The position numbers and the translations under genes were made by a program. 64,000 nucleotides of DNA from Octopus sinensis (taxonomy: Eukaryota), in contig NC_042998.1 of the NCBI RefSeq assembly GCF_006345805.1, forward strand, positions 31,124,001-31,188,000, given 5' to 3'. Positions 1-12,000 of the stretch are shown here, piece after piece. The notes under the pieces were generated by a model. That model had not been told where the DNA came from and made no database searches. It saw only the letters and a program-made list of their open reading frames with translations. Each line of letters starts with the position of its first letter. Within the stretch, counting starts at the first letter, position 1.

Positions 1-338
1 TTTCTTTATTATTTCCCATTTGAGGCTAAACCAAATTCCACTGTCTTTCAATTCCTAAACCTTACTGGATAATGACGTACAATTCACCTTATATTTAAGT
101 TTAAAGGAGGACATACACTTTTTCAAATTAATCGAACCAATATATATATATAATTATTAGTTGTAGTTATTGTACAATTATATATTACATTCTGGGTAAG
201 ACATTAGCCCAATAACGGACAGCGGGATTTAACTCTACAATTGCAACTAGATTGATTGATTGATTCTAGTTTCAGCTTATGAGCTGTGGCCATGCTAGGA
301 GAATTATTATTATTAATATTAGTATTATTAAGATTTAA

Positions 339-730
339 GAGGCCCAATGGCCCAGTGGTTAGGGCAGCGGACTCGCGGTCATAGGATCGCGGTTTCGATT
401 CCCAGACCGGGCGTTGTGAGTGTTTATTGAGCGCGAAAACACCTAAAGCTCCACGAGGCTCTGGCAGGGGATGGTGGTGATCCCTGCTGTACTCTTTCAC
501 CACAACTTTCTCTCACTCTTACTTCCTGTTTCTGTTGTACCTGTATTTCAAAGGGCCGGCCTTGTCACTCTCTGTGTCACGCTGAATATCCCCGAGAACT
601 ACGTTAAGGGTACACGTGTCTGTGGAGTGCTCAGCCACTTACACGTTAATTTCATGAGCAGGCTGTTCCATTGATTCGGATCAACCGGAACCCTCGTTGT
701 CGTAACCGACGGAGTGCTTCCTCCTCCTAA
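339..730 (+). mobile_element. tRNA(Arg)-derived SINE (octopus OR-type) with 12-bp target site duplication
   Basis: A box TGGCCCAGTGG, anticodon-like GACTCGCGGTC (TCG), B box GGTTTCGATTCC; TSD ATTAAGATTTAA at 327-338 and 731-742. Confidence 0.88.
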
Positions 731-1045
731 ATTAAGATTTAAATTATTATTTTTATTATTAATGTTTTCGCTATCAATATTTCTGTTATCAAGTATGTTA
801 TGATCACATCTTTTATTTTCCAACTCCACTTCAATTGTAGTATCATATAAAATTGCCTCTGCATCAGCAGGTATGCTAATAGTTTCTATGCCCGTATATG
901 TACTGGAACTATAATCCATAATGTTTATATTAGAAGTGCTACTACTATTCCTTCTGTTCACCCCCATCATCATCAATACTGCTATTTTCATTTTGGGAGT
1001 TTAAGTTATAGTTAACAGTACTATTATTATTAATATTCATCCAAA

Positions 1046-1368
1046 CCTGGCTGTTGCCAGCACCACCCTGACTGGCCTCTGTGCCGGTGGCATGTAAAAA
1101 GCACCATCCGATCGTGGCCGTTGCCAGCCTCCGTGCCGGTGGCACGTAAAAAGCACCATCCGATTGTGACTGTTTGCCAGCCTCATCTGGCATGTAAAAA
1201 GCACCCACTACACTCACGGAGTGGTTGACGTTAGGAAGGGCATCCAGCCATAGAAACATTGCCAGATCAGGCTGGGCCTGGTGCAGTCTTCTGGCTTCCC
1301 AGGCCCCAGTTGAACCGTCCAACCCATGCTAGCATGGAAAGCGGACGCTAAACGATGATGATGATGAT
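1046..1368 (+). mobile_element. RTE-LINE 3'-end-derived repeat with internal tandem units and a (GAT)n tail
   Basis: Three GTGCCGGTGGCACGTAAAAAGCACC-type units, then the CATGGAAAGCGGACGCTAAACGATGATGAT tail. The same tail recurs at 17010-17190(-), 22200-22440(-), 22690-22975, 34470-34615, 37030-37120, 38095-38280(-), 40130-40410(-), 60318-60600(-) and 63105-63705. Confidence 0.8.
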
Positions 1369-4300
1369 TATTATTATTGTTATTATTGCTAGTTATTATT
1401 ATTATTATTAACAATCCTGGCTAATTTTATATTCTTCTTATTTAATCTAGCTGTGATGGTACCTATATAGGGAAGAGTAGAGTATGAGATTCTAACTGTT
1501 TTATGTGAAAAGATTCTATTATATCTATGGGGAGAAGGGAAGTTTTTTTCTAAAATAGTCATAAATTTTCTATATATGTTTGTGGATAATGAACAGTTGT
1601 ATGGGATATTGAACCAAACGAAATTCTTACCTTTAAATTTATGGTGTAAGGGAGGGATATATTTGTACTATCCCTGCTCCCTATAATCATGCTATGATTA
1701 ATAGTTTGTATATATTTCTAGTAGATCTCTTATCTGGAAGAGTAACCATTTCTTTTTCCTCATCACTTTTTGTATCTAACCTAAACTTCCTACTCATTTT
1801 AGTATCCTGTCTCCTATCGAACCCTACTCTTATTGTTATTTAAAATATTAGGTTTGTAGGATGGTTTATCATTTGGTATTTTTTCACAACTAAGTAAGTT
1901 AGTAGACTTTCTATTACTCAAACTATCATTTTTTCCTCTATTAAAAGGTGCTGAACTTACAGGACTGAGAAAAGTGATTTCTTGGTCATATCCCACCTTA
2001 GACAAAGCAACATTGTAGTGGTATGAATGGGAATTAAAAATATCAATGTTTGATGATAATTTAGTAATTCTCCTAGAAATACTTTTAACTACCAATTTTA
2101 ATACATTGGGGGGTGATTTGATAATTTGTTCACATCTTGTAACCTCACCTTCTTTCCTATAGGTGTAGTATAATTTAGAGTTAATATTTAAATTAGTATC
2201 CAAAAAATTTACTACTTTTGTACCATTTTCATACATAATACATAAATTAAAGTTTTTGAAAAATTTTCTAATTTTCTTTCTCATTCTTTCTATGATTTAT
2301 TGTTGCTAGGGATGATTAACAGAGCTTCATCCCTATATAAGCCTCCCTGTAATTCAGGGATTTCCCTATTTAGGCACCTTAAAAGTTACGCACCCACTAG
2401 ATTTGTGATTTTGGCCAAGTCGCTTGAGCTCATAGTTATATCAAAGTTTTCAAGGGTGTCACCCTAATCCAAAGTTTTCCCTCAAATTCTATAATAGTTC
2501 TTCTAGCTAAAATAATATCAATTTTATCCCTAGTTAATAGAGAGAGATTTAGCAAAAATAAGAGTCTTGCAGAGAATAGGGGATATACTGGAATAATAGC
2601 AATTAATGTCAAATTGGATAACAGATAAATTATTTATGTTATCAATGGATTTAAACCAATGTATTACCTCATCTGTATCAATCCATAATTTTAGAGTTAG
2701 GTTGGGAATTATAAGGGGTAGAATATTGTCCAGAATAGACTTGCTAAGCTGACCAATGTCAGACTTAGTCGGGCAAATTAGTCTTACAGTAGGATTATCC
2801 TGGAAGTTCTTGTAGTCTTTCAGGTTAATCCTAGGTTCACTTGTTCACTGTCTGTCTGCCAAGTCGTATCCATCATAACTTCCTAGATTTTCAAATTGAT
2901 GTCTAACAGATTCTTTTTCGATGTTATTTTATATTTAGTGCTGAATTCCTGCATTACAAGTTTCCTATAGGTAGTATAGTCAAGTCTATATAAGTTTCTG
3001 GTTTTATCTGCTGGGACCAGAATGCCTGATTTGTTGTGCAATGACTTAATAAATTCCTTTAGTTTCCTCAGATGTAAGTTTTTTCTAAGTGGGTGTTCCT
3101 TGAATTTCACATTAGAAATTAGATCAAATAAGTCTTTTTCAAAATTTTCCAGTAGTGGACTAGGTGGAGGATTTTTTTCTGCTTTTGAATGTCTTCTTAA
3201 AGTAATTTATCTCATGTGTTTCTAGAGTTCCATTTTCCTTCTTAGTTTCATGATGGTAAGCAATCCACCTCATCCTTCGAACAAACTCATTTGTTCTATG
3301 GATTAGTAGCCACATATAGGTATCTTTACTATGTAAGGAGATGTCCTTCTGAGAAATTTCTATATTTACCCTTTCCATCCTATTGAAAATTAAGTACCAG
3401 ATTCATTCAGGTGTCTATGGAAAGCTTGTGATAGATCTGATTGAAAAATAGGGTCTCTGTGTGAGTGCTTGTTAGAGATTGCACCTAAAACAGTACTCCA
3501 CAACTGGTATGCCATGAAACAATGCTAGATTTGCTGCAGTGTAACCTGAATATAATTTTTCCCCTATACTTTTAGTTATATTTTTAGTTCAGGTCTGCCA
3601 CATAATTTTGAAAAGAATACAAGTGTGCTGCAAGTGAAAAAAAGGTTGGAGAGCACTGATCTACAACATGAAGCTGCTAGCTAACAAAGGTCTATTTAAT
3701 GTGATTTCAAGGATTAGCTTCATACTCAAATGTCATCATTCGTTTCATGTAATTCTCCAACAGAATCTAACATGAAGAACCATGTCTTTTGCTCCAGTAT
3801 CTCAGTTTTAGCATTGCTTCTTTGACTGGATGCCTTCCTAATATTTACCATTGTCCAAGGTACATTGTTTCATGTTACTAAAACTGTAGAGACTGTCTTA
3901 CCATCCATAAAATTATAGTACCCTTTCATGGCCTACATTGTCACTGCTAATTTGGATTTATCAAGCACATATAGAGTGTATGGGTGTTTTTTTTATGGCA
4001 CCAGGACTGGCAGAAGCCACTGTATAACTTGCAAGTTAAAACAGAAGTCAAAAGTATGATGCAAAAAAATTATTGATGTGAGATGATTATTTGTTCCATA
4101 GTTAATATTACTGAAAATATAACCCTCTAAAAAGTTTTAGTATATTAAAATTGTTATTGTCTTTGATTTTGTTCAATAGTTAAGACTGTTTACAGTATAA
4201 CATTCAAACATGACATACGTTGAATATCATTACATTTACTATATAACTTCTAATTTATTGTTTATTCAAAACAATTCTCTTAATTTTTGCTTTTTTATGT

Positions 4301-4373
4301 TTTGTTTTGTTTCTTATAATTTGCCAGATAAAAAACACTAACATCTTTATGTTAATTGTAATTAATTTTTCAG

Positions 4374-4420
4374 CACTTGTGATGATGGTGTCCTAAGTTG
4401 CACAGATAATTTATGCACAG
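4374..4420 (+). CDS. Exon (47 nt, phase 2-1): (C)[15 protein letters not shown], end of a TILa/VWC-like module
   Basis: tttttcag|c...acag|gtatt; CxC..G.L.C....C pattern; the trailing G joins the next exon as Gly. Confidence 0.85.
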
Positions 4421-4803
4421 GTATTATTCATTTATGACCTAATGAAATAATCTCCTATCCAAATATACATTTTAATAAATTGTGTGTATGTGTGCATATA
4501 TATATGCTGTGTGTACGTTTGTGTATAGTATATATGTATGCTGTGTGTGTGTGTGTGTTGTGTGTGGTGCATGTGTGTATATATTAGGTTGGTAAATAAT
4601 TATTGCAGTTTTTTTTCAATAAATTTTATCAAACAAAAAATTTAAACAAATTGCCAATTTAAACAAAACCCCAAGCAGAAATTGAAGTAGATGGTGAATA
4701 TGCACTGGAATAAACATGGAAAGATGTTTTTGTTAAATGTTCTTATCGATTTTGTTGAATAAAATTTAAAGAAAACAAACCGCAGTAATTATGCACCAAC
4801 CTA

Positions 4804-4856
<53 letters not shown>

Positions 4857-5422
4857 AATGTATATATATATGTGCATGTGTATATGTGTATATATATGTA
4901 TATGTATGCATGTATATATATATATATGTGTGTGTGTGTATGTATATGTGTGTGTGTATGTATATATGTGTGTATGTGTGTATGTATGTATATATATGTA
5001 TATATATATGTATGTATGTATATATATGTTATATATAATGTAATGTATGTATATAGATGTATATATTATATGTATGTTGTATGTATATATATGTAGTATA
5101 TATATGTATGTATGTATGTATATATATGATGTATGTATGTATATATATGTATGTATGTAATGTATATATGTATATATATTATATATGTATGTATGTATGT
5201 ATATTATGTATGTATGTATGTATATATATGTATATGTATGTATGTATATATATATATTATAGGTATGTATGTATGTATATATATATATTGTGTGTGGGTA
5301 TGTATGTATATATGTATATATTATATGTTATGTATGTATATATGTATTATATATATGTATGTATATATATGTAAGTATGTATGAATATATATGTATGTAT
5401 GTATATATATGTATGTATGTAT

Positions 5423-5477
<55 letters not shown>

Positions 5478-5983
5478 CTATATGTATGTATATGTATGTA
5501 TGTATATGTATGTATAATATGTATGTATAGGTATGTATATATATGTATATATATATATATGATGTATATATATATATGTATAGTATATATATATGTATGT
5601 ATATATCTATATATATGTTAATTATATATATATATACTATATGTATATATATATATATTGTATATATATAATTATGTATATATATAGTATATAGTATGTA
5701 TATATAATATATATGTATATATATATATGTATGTATATATATATATGTATATATATATATGTATGTATATATATTATATGTATGTATATATATATATGTA
5801 TATATATATATGTATGTATATATATATATATGTATATATATATGTTATATATATATATATAGTATGTATATATATATATATGTTGATATATATGTATGTA
5901 TATATGTATAGTATGATGTATGAATATGTATGTATGTATATATATATTATATATGTGTATGTATGTATATGTATGTATGTATG

Positions 5984-6032
<49 letters not shown>

Positions 6033-6101
6033 GTATATATATGTATATATATATATGTATATATATATATGTATGTATGTATATATATGTATGTATGTAT
6101 G

Positions 6102-6132
<31 letters not shown>

Positions 6133-6301
6133 GTATGTAGTTTATATATATGTATGTATGTATAATATATATGTATGTATATATATATATTATAATATGT
6201 ATGTATATATATATATGTATGTATGTATATATATGTATGTATGTATATATATATATATATGTGTTGTTATATATATTATATATGTGTGTGTGTATAATAT
6301 C

Positions 6302-6351
<50 letters not shown>

Positions 6352-6733
6352 GTATATATATAATATATGTGTGTGTATATATATATATTGTGTGTGTGTA
6401 TATTATATATATATATATATATATTATATATTATATATCTATATGTATTATATATATGTATGTATATATGTATGTGTATGTAATATATATATTGTGTATG
6501 TCTATATATATGTATGTGTATGTATGTATATATATATGTATGAGTATTTATATGTGTGTATGTATATATATATATGTATGTATATATATATATATATGTG
6601 TGGTGTTATATATATGTGTATATATATGTAGGTGTATAGATAGTATGTGTATATATATATATGTGTATATATATATATGTGTATATATATGTATGTATAT
6701 ATATATATGGTATATATATGTATGTGTAATATA

Positions 6734-6775
<42 letters not shown>

Positions 6776-6948
6776 GTGTATATATATATATATATATGTT
6801 GTGTATATATATAGATATATATGTATCTTATATATATATATATAGATATGTTATTATATATATATATATATATATATATGTGTATTATATATATAATAAT
6901 ATATATGTATATATATATCTATATATATATGTATATATATTATTATAT

Positions 6949-6994
<46 letters not shown>

Positions 6995-6996
6995 GG

Positions 6997-7068
<72 letters not shown>

Positions 7069-7080
7069 TATTATATTATG

Positions 7081-7130
<50 letters not shown>

Positions 7131-7338
7131 ATTATATATATATGTATATATATGTATATATGTATATATATGGTATATAATATATATGTATATATATATA
7201 TATATGTATATATATATGTATATATATAATATATATGTATGTATTATATATATGTCGGTATATATATATGTATGTATATATTATGTATATATATGTATAT
7301 ATATATATATGTATATATATATGTATATATATTATATA

Positions 7339-7370
<32 letters not shown>

Positions 7371-7445
7371 ATGTATATATATGTATATATATATATATAT
7401 ATATTACATATATATATATATATATATCTATATATAATATATATC

Positions 7446-7482
<37 letters not shown>

Positions 7483-7782
7483 TGTATATAGATATAATAT
7501 ATATTATATATATATATTATATATATATATCTATATATATGTATATATATATATATATGTATATATAGATATATATGTATATATAAGATATATGTAATAT
7601 AATATATATATGTATATATATATGTATTATATGTATTAATATATATTGTATATATATATTATATATATATATGTATATATATATATATTGTATATATGTA
7701 TATATTATATTATATATATATACCTATATATATATGTATATATACATATAAGATATATATTATATATATAATATATATATAC

Positions 7783-7814
<32 letters not shown>

Positions 7815-7845
7815 ACTATATATATATATATAGTTATATATATAT

Positions 7846-7889
<44 letters not shown>

Positions 7890-8798
7890 TATATATATAT
7901 AATATATTATATATATATACATATATAATATATAATATAATATTATAAAATACTACATATATATAATATATATTATACATAATATAAATATTATATATAT
8001 ATATATATATACATATATATATAGACGTCAATCGCCATTCTCCACAAAAGATTATGTTCTCAGATCAACTCAGCACAAAACCAAAGCAATAAACAAGTGA
8101 AAATATTTGAATTAAAATAATTACCCATGTACTGATCAGTTTCGGCTATTATTATCCGCAAGGATAACTGCAGCATTCATCAGCATGGTCCGTTATAAAT
8201 GCAATTTGCTGGACTAGATGCAAAAACGATACCGAAGTATCGCGTGCATGGAGTTCAGCCTATTACATTCGAATGTATCTCTCTTTCTACCCTTAATTAA
8301 TTTTATATAAATAAATATGTTCTCTAACCGATAAATTGACTGCTGCTAATTATTAGCTGCAGGCTGGTTTTCTCAGGTCTCAACGCGCCAAAGTAAAGGC
8401 ATTTGAGAGATATATTCGAATGTAATAGGCTGAACTCCATGCATGCGATACTTCGGTATCGTTTTTGCATCTAGTCCAGCAAATTGCATTTATAACGGAC
8501 CATGCTGATGAATGCTGCAGTTATCCTTGGGGATAATAATAGCCAAAACTGATCAGTACATGGGTAATTATTTTATTTCGTATATTTTCACTTGTTTATT
8601 GCTTTGGTTTTGTGCTGAGTTTGATCTGAGAACATAATCTTTTGTGGAGAATGGCGATTTGACGTCTATATCTAGCATGTTGACTGTCCACTTTTCGTGT
8701 TCAGTCCTTAATTGGTATATATATATATTTGAATTCATTTCAATCTTAATTGTTTTGCTGAATATATATATATATATGTATGTATATATGTATGTATG

Positions 8799-8832
<34 letters not shown>

Positions 8833-9043
8833 CATATATGTATGTATGTATATATATATGTATATATGTATGTATATATATATATATATATATATGTGTA
8901 TGTATATATAATATATATATATATGTATGTATGTATGTGTATATGTATATGTATGTATGTGTATATGTATATATGTATATGTATGTATGCATATATATAT
9001 ATATATCATCATCATCATCATCATCATTTAGCGTCCGTTCTCC

Positions 9044-9089
<46 letters not shown>

Positions 9090-12000
9090 ATATATACATA
9101 TGTGTGTGTGTGTATATATGTATGTGTATATATATGTATATATGTATGTATATATGTATGTGTATATATGTGTATGTATATGTATATATATGTATGTATA
9201 TATATGTGTATGTATATGTATATATATATGTATGTATATATGTATGTATATGTATGTATGTATATATATGTATGTATATATGTATATGTATGTATATATG
9301 TATATATATGTATATGTATATATATGTATATGTATGTATATATGTATATGTATGTATATATGTATGTATATATATATATATGTATATATATATATGTATG
9401 TATATATATATGTATATATGTATGTATATATATATATATGTGTATGTATATGTATGTATATATATATATATATTATATATGGTATTGTATATGAATATCT
9501 ATAGATGCATATATTATATGTATATGTATGTATATATATATATATGTATATATATATCTATGTATATGTATATATATTATATATGCATATATATATGTAT
9601 ATGTATGTTATATATATGCATATATATATGTATATGTATTTATATTATATGCATATATATATATGCATATATATATATGTATATATATATATGCATATAT
9701 ATATATGTATGTATATATATGCATATATATATATATGCATATATATATATGTATGTATATATGCATATATATATATATGTATCATCATCGTTTAACGTCC
9801 GCTTTTCATGCTACCATGGGTTGGACTATATGTATGTATATATACATGCACATATATATATATATATATACACATATATATATATATATACATATATATA
9901 TGTGAACACAAGAATTCTAGTTATATATTTTTTTTTTTGTGATATAAATATGTTGTACATTTTATACTTGTAGGTTGTGCTTATTCTGACTGGTCAACAT
10001 GGAGTACGTGTACTAAAGTTTGTGATAACGGGCAAACAACAAGATTCCGTACAATGCATAAAGGAAAAGGAACTGAAGTCTGTAATCTTGAAATAGAGCA
10101 GTCTAAAGATTGTAACATTAATCCCTGTGAAAGTACGTTTTTTTTTTCTTCTTTTTTTCCTATAGTCACATATTTTATCAAATCATCTCACCTAATCAAT
10201 ACCATGTCAGCAATGCTCATACATGGGTTCTAAGTAGAGTTTGGCGTGCATGATAGCACAATGTCTCTTACTTACAGTACCAAGAAGCCAAGAGACATGC
10301 AAAGTGCAAGATATCCAGCTCAGTAGAACATCAGGTTTCATATATATGAGCTAGGGTCTTTTATAAGGACTCCTTGACAAAGACCAGGGGCCCTCATTGC
10401 CAGTAGGCTTACTGTGTCCTCAGACACCAACCTGAATATTTTTACATCCTGGTGCATATCTTCCCAGAATACATATATACACATAATTGGATGGTCATTG
10501 ATTCTCTCGAGTTCCTCTAACCTGCTTTTCATACCACAGGCTGTCCAATAAATCACCTTCCTCACCAAGCAAGCCTGGTAGGGTTACGGGTTAGTCACTC
10601 CCAGGGACTACAGGTAACATGTAACCCAGTACAACCTGTTGCATGACCAGGACATACATATGCAGATGTGTTTAAATGTTTTCATGTTTCCTTGTTTCAT
10701 GATATCACAAGTGGTTGTAAATGAATGGTACCATCACACAAGTAATGTTCATATCCAATCTTGCATGAGATTATATCCACTTATTGCACTGTTCATGTTT
10801 GAGGGAACTAGGGGACATTACCTTATGTCGAAATAAGTAAGGGCTAACAGCATATAGAGATAAATGGAGGATGTCATTCAGACCAAATCCTAATATATTG
10901 GGTTGGCAACTAAGTTCCTGCTGTTTTTTAAAATTTAAATCTTTTAAAAGGTTTAATAAAAAATAATAACTAAGTAATCAATAATGTATTCTCCCTTGTT
11001 GTTTACAACTTCTTCCCAACATTCAACACAATTTTCAATACCTTCTTTGTAGAAATCACCCGATTTCGACTAAAAAAATTGATCCAACCAAGCTCTCAAT
11101 TGTGCATCAGTATTGAACAAAACTCTTCACATAGCATTTGAAAAAGATTGAAATCCATTGGTGCCAAATCAGAAGAGTACAGCGGGTGTGGCAGCACTTC
11201 CCAGCCATGCTTTTGAATGGCTTCCTTGGTCATATTGGTGATATGAGGGTTGGCGTTGCGATGCAACAGAACTCCATGCTGCTGATTAGGTCTTTTCTCT
11301 TGAATAGCTATGATGAGTCATTCCATCTGTTGTACACAGAGTTTCACATTGACAGTTCAGTTCTGTTCAAGCAATTCGTAATGGATAATCCCTTCCCGGT
11401 CCCACCATATGTACAACATCATTTTACGCAGATGAAGATTTTGTTTCACGTGCAGTATTGCTTGTTTACCGGGGCTAAGCCATTCCTTACGCTGCTTCAT
11501 ATTGATGCAACATTTTTCATCGCCAGTAACGATTCAATAAAGAAATCATTGCTTGTGTCCATGAGCTGAGCAGTGATGAGCAAGCAAACCAGCAGAGATT
11601 GTGGCTCGTTGTTTTTGTTAACGCATGCAGAACGCGTGCTCCATACTTCTGAACCTTTCCCATCGAGTGAAGATGCTTCTCCATAGCAGTGTGGGAACTT
11701 TCCATTTTCTCTGCCAGTTCCCTTGTCGTTTGACGAGAATTTTTGTGCAAAAGTTGGTTTGATCGTTCTGCATCGAACTCAACTGAATGGCCAGAATGAG
11801 GTGTGTCTTTGAGGTCAAAATTACCATTTTTGAACTTGGCATACCAATCACAAGCGGTTCTTCCAGCTATGGCACCCTCTCCATACATAGCACAAATGTC
11901 GTGAGCAGCTTTTGCAGCCTTAGAACCTTGATTAAAAGCAAAAAGAAGGATCTGAAAATAAACAAAAGTTAACTAAAATCAACTAGAAAAAAATAGATTC

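Larger units (their letters stand above)
1..3420 (-). mobile_element. Decayed Penelope-like retroelement (RT + GIY-YIG endonuclease), interrupted by SINE and RTE-tail insertions
   Basis: Minus-strand frames show RTNEFVRRMRW, VPADKTRNLY, ICPTKSDIGQLSK, LYRDE (degenerate YRDD), VNFLDTNLN and IIWFNIP. CNCRVKSRCPLLG is followed by NVIYNCT...YIYIGS...FSLKWEII at 1-250. Many stops and frameshifts. Confidence 0.88.
8020..8670. repeat. Foldback element: about 264-bp inverted arms (8020-8283 / 8405-8670) with a 121-nt spacer; Penelope terminal-repeat-like
   Basis: The arms are reverse complements with about 10 differences by manual comparison; ends TATAGACGTC / GACGTCTATA. Confidence 0.93.

Noticed and set aside
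339-420. Possible tRNA-Arg gene (also 19920-19995)
   Set aside because: It continues into a SINE body and, at 339-730, is flanked by a TSD; it is a SINE head, not a tRNA gene.
1060-1210. CRISPR-like repeat/spacer look of the GTGCCGGTGGCACGTAAAAAGCACC units
   Set aside because: The spacers are also repeated, the units are part of a dispersed retroelement 3' UTR, the context is eukaryotic and there are no cas genes.
4791-9973. Many long ORFs rich in I/Y/M/C/V (also 17141-18199)
   Set aside because: They are translations of stop-free TA/TG/CA microsatellites, not proteins.
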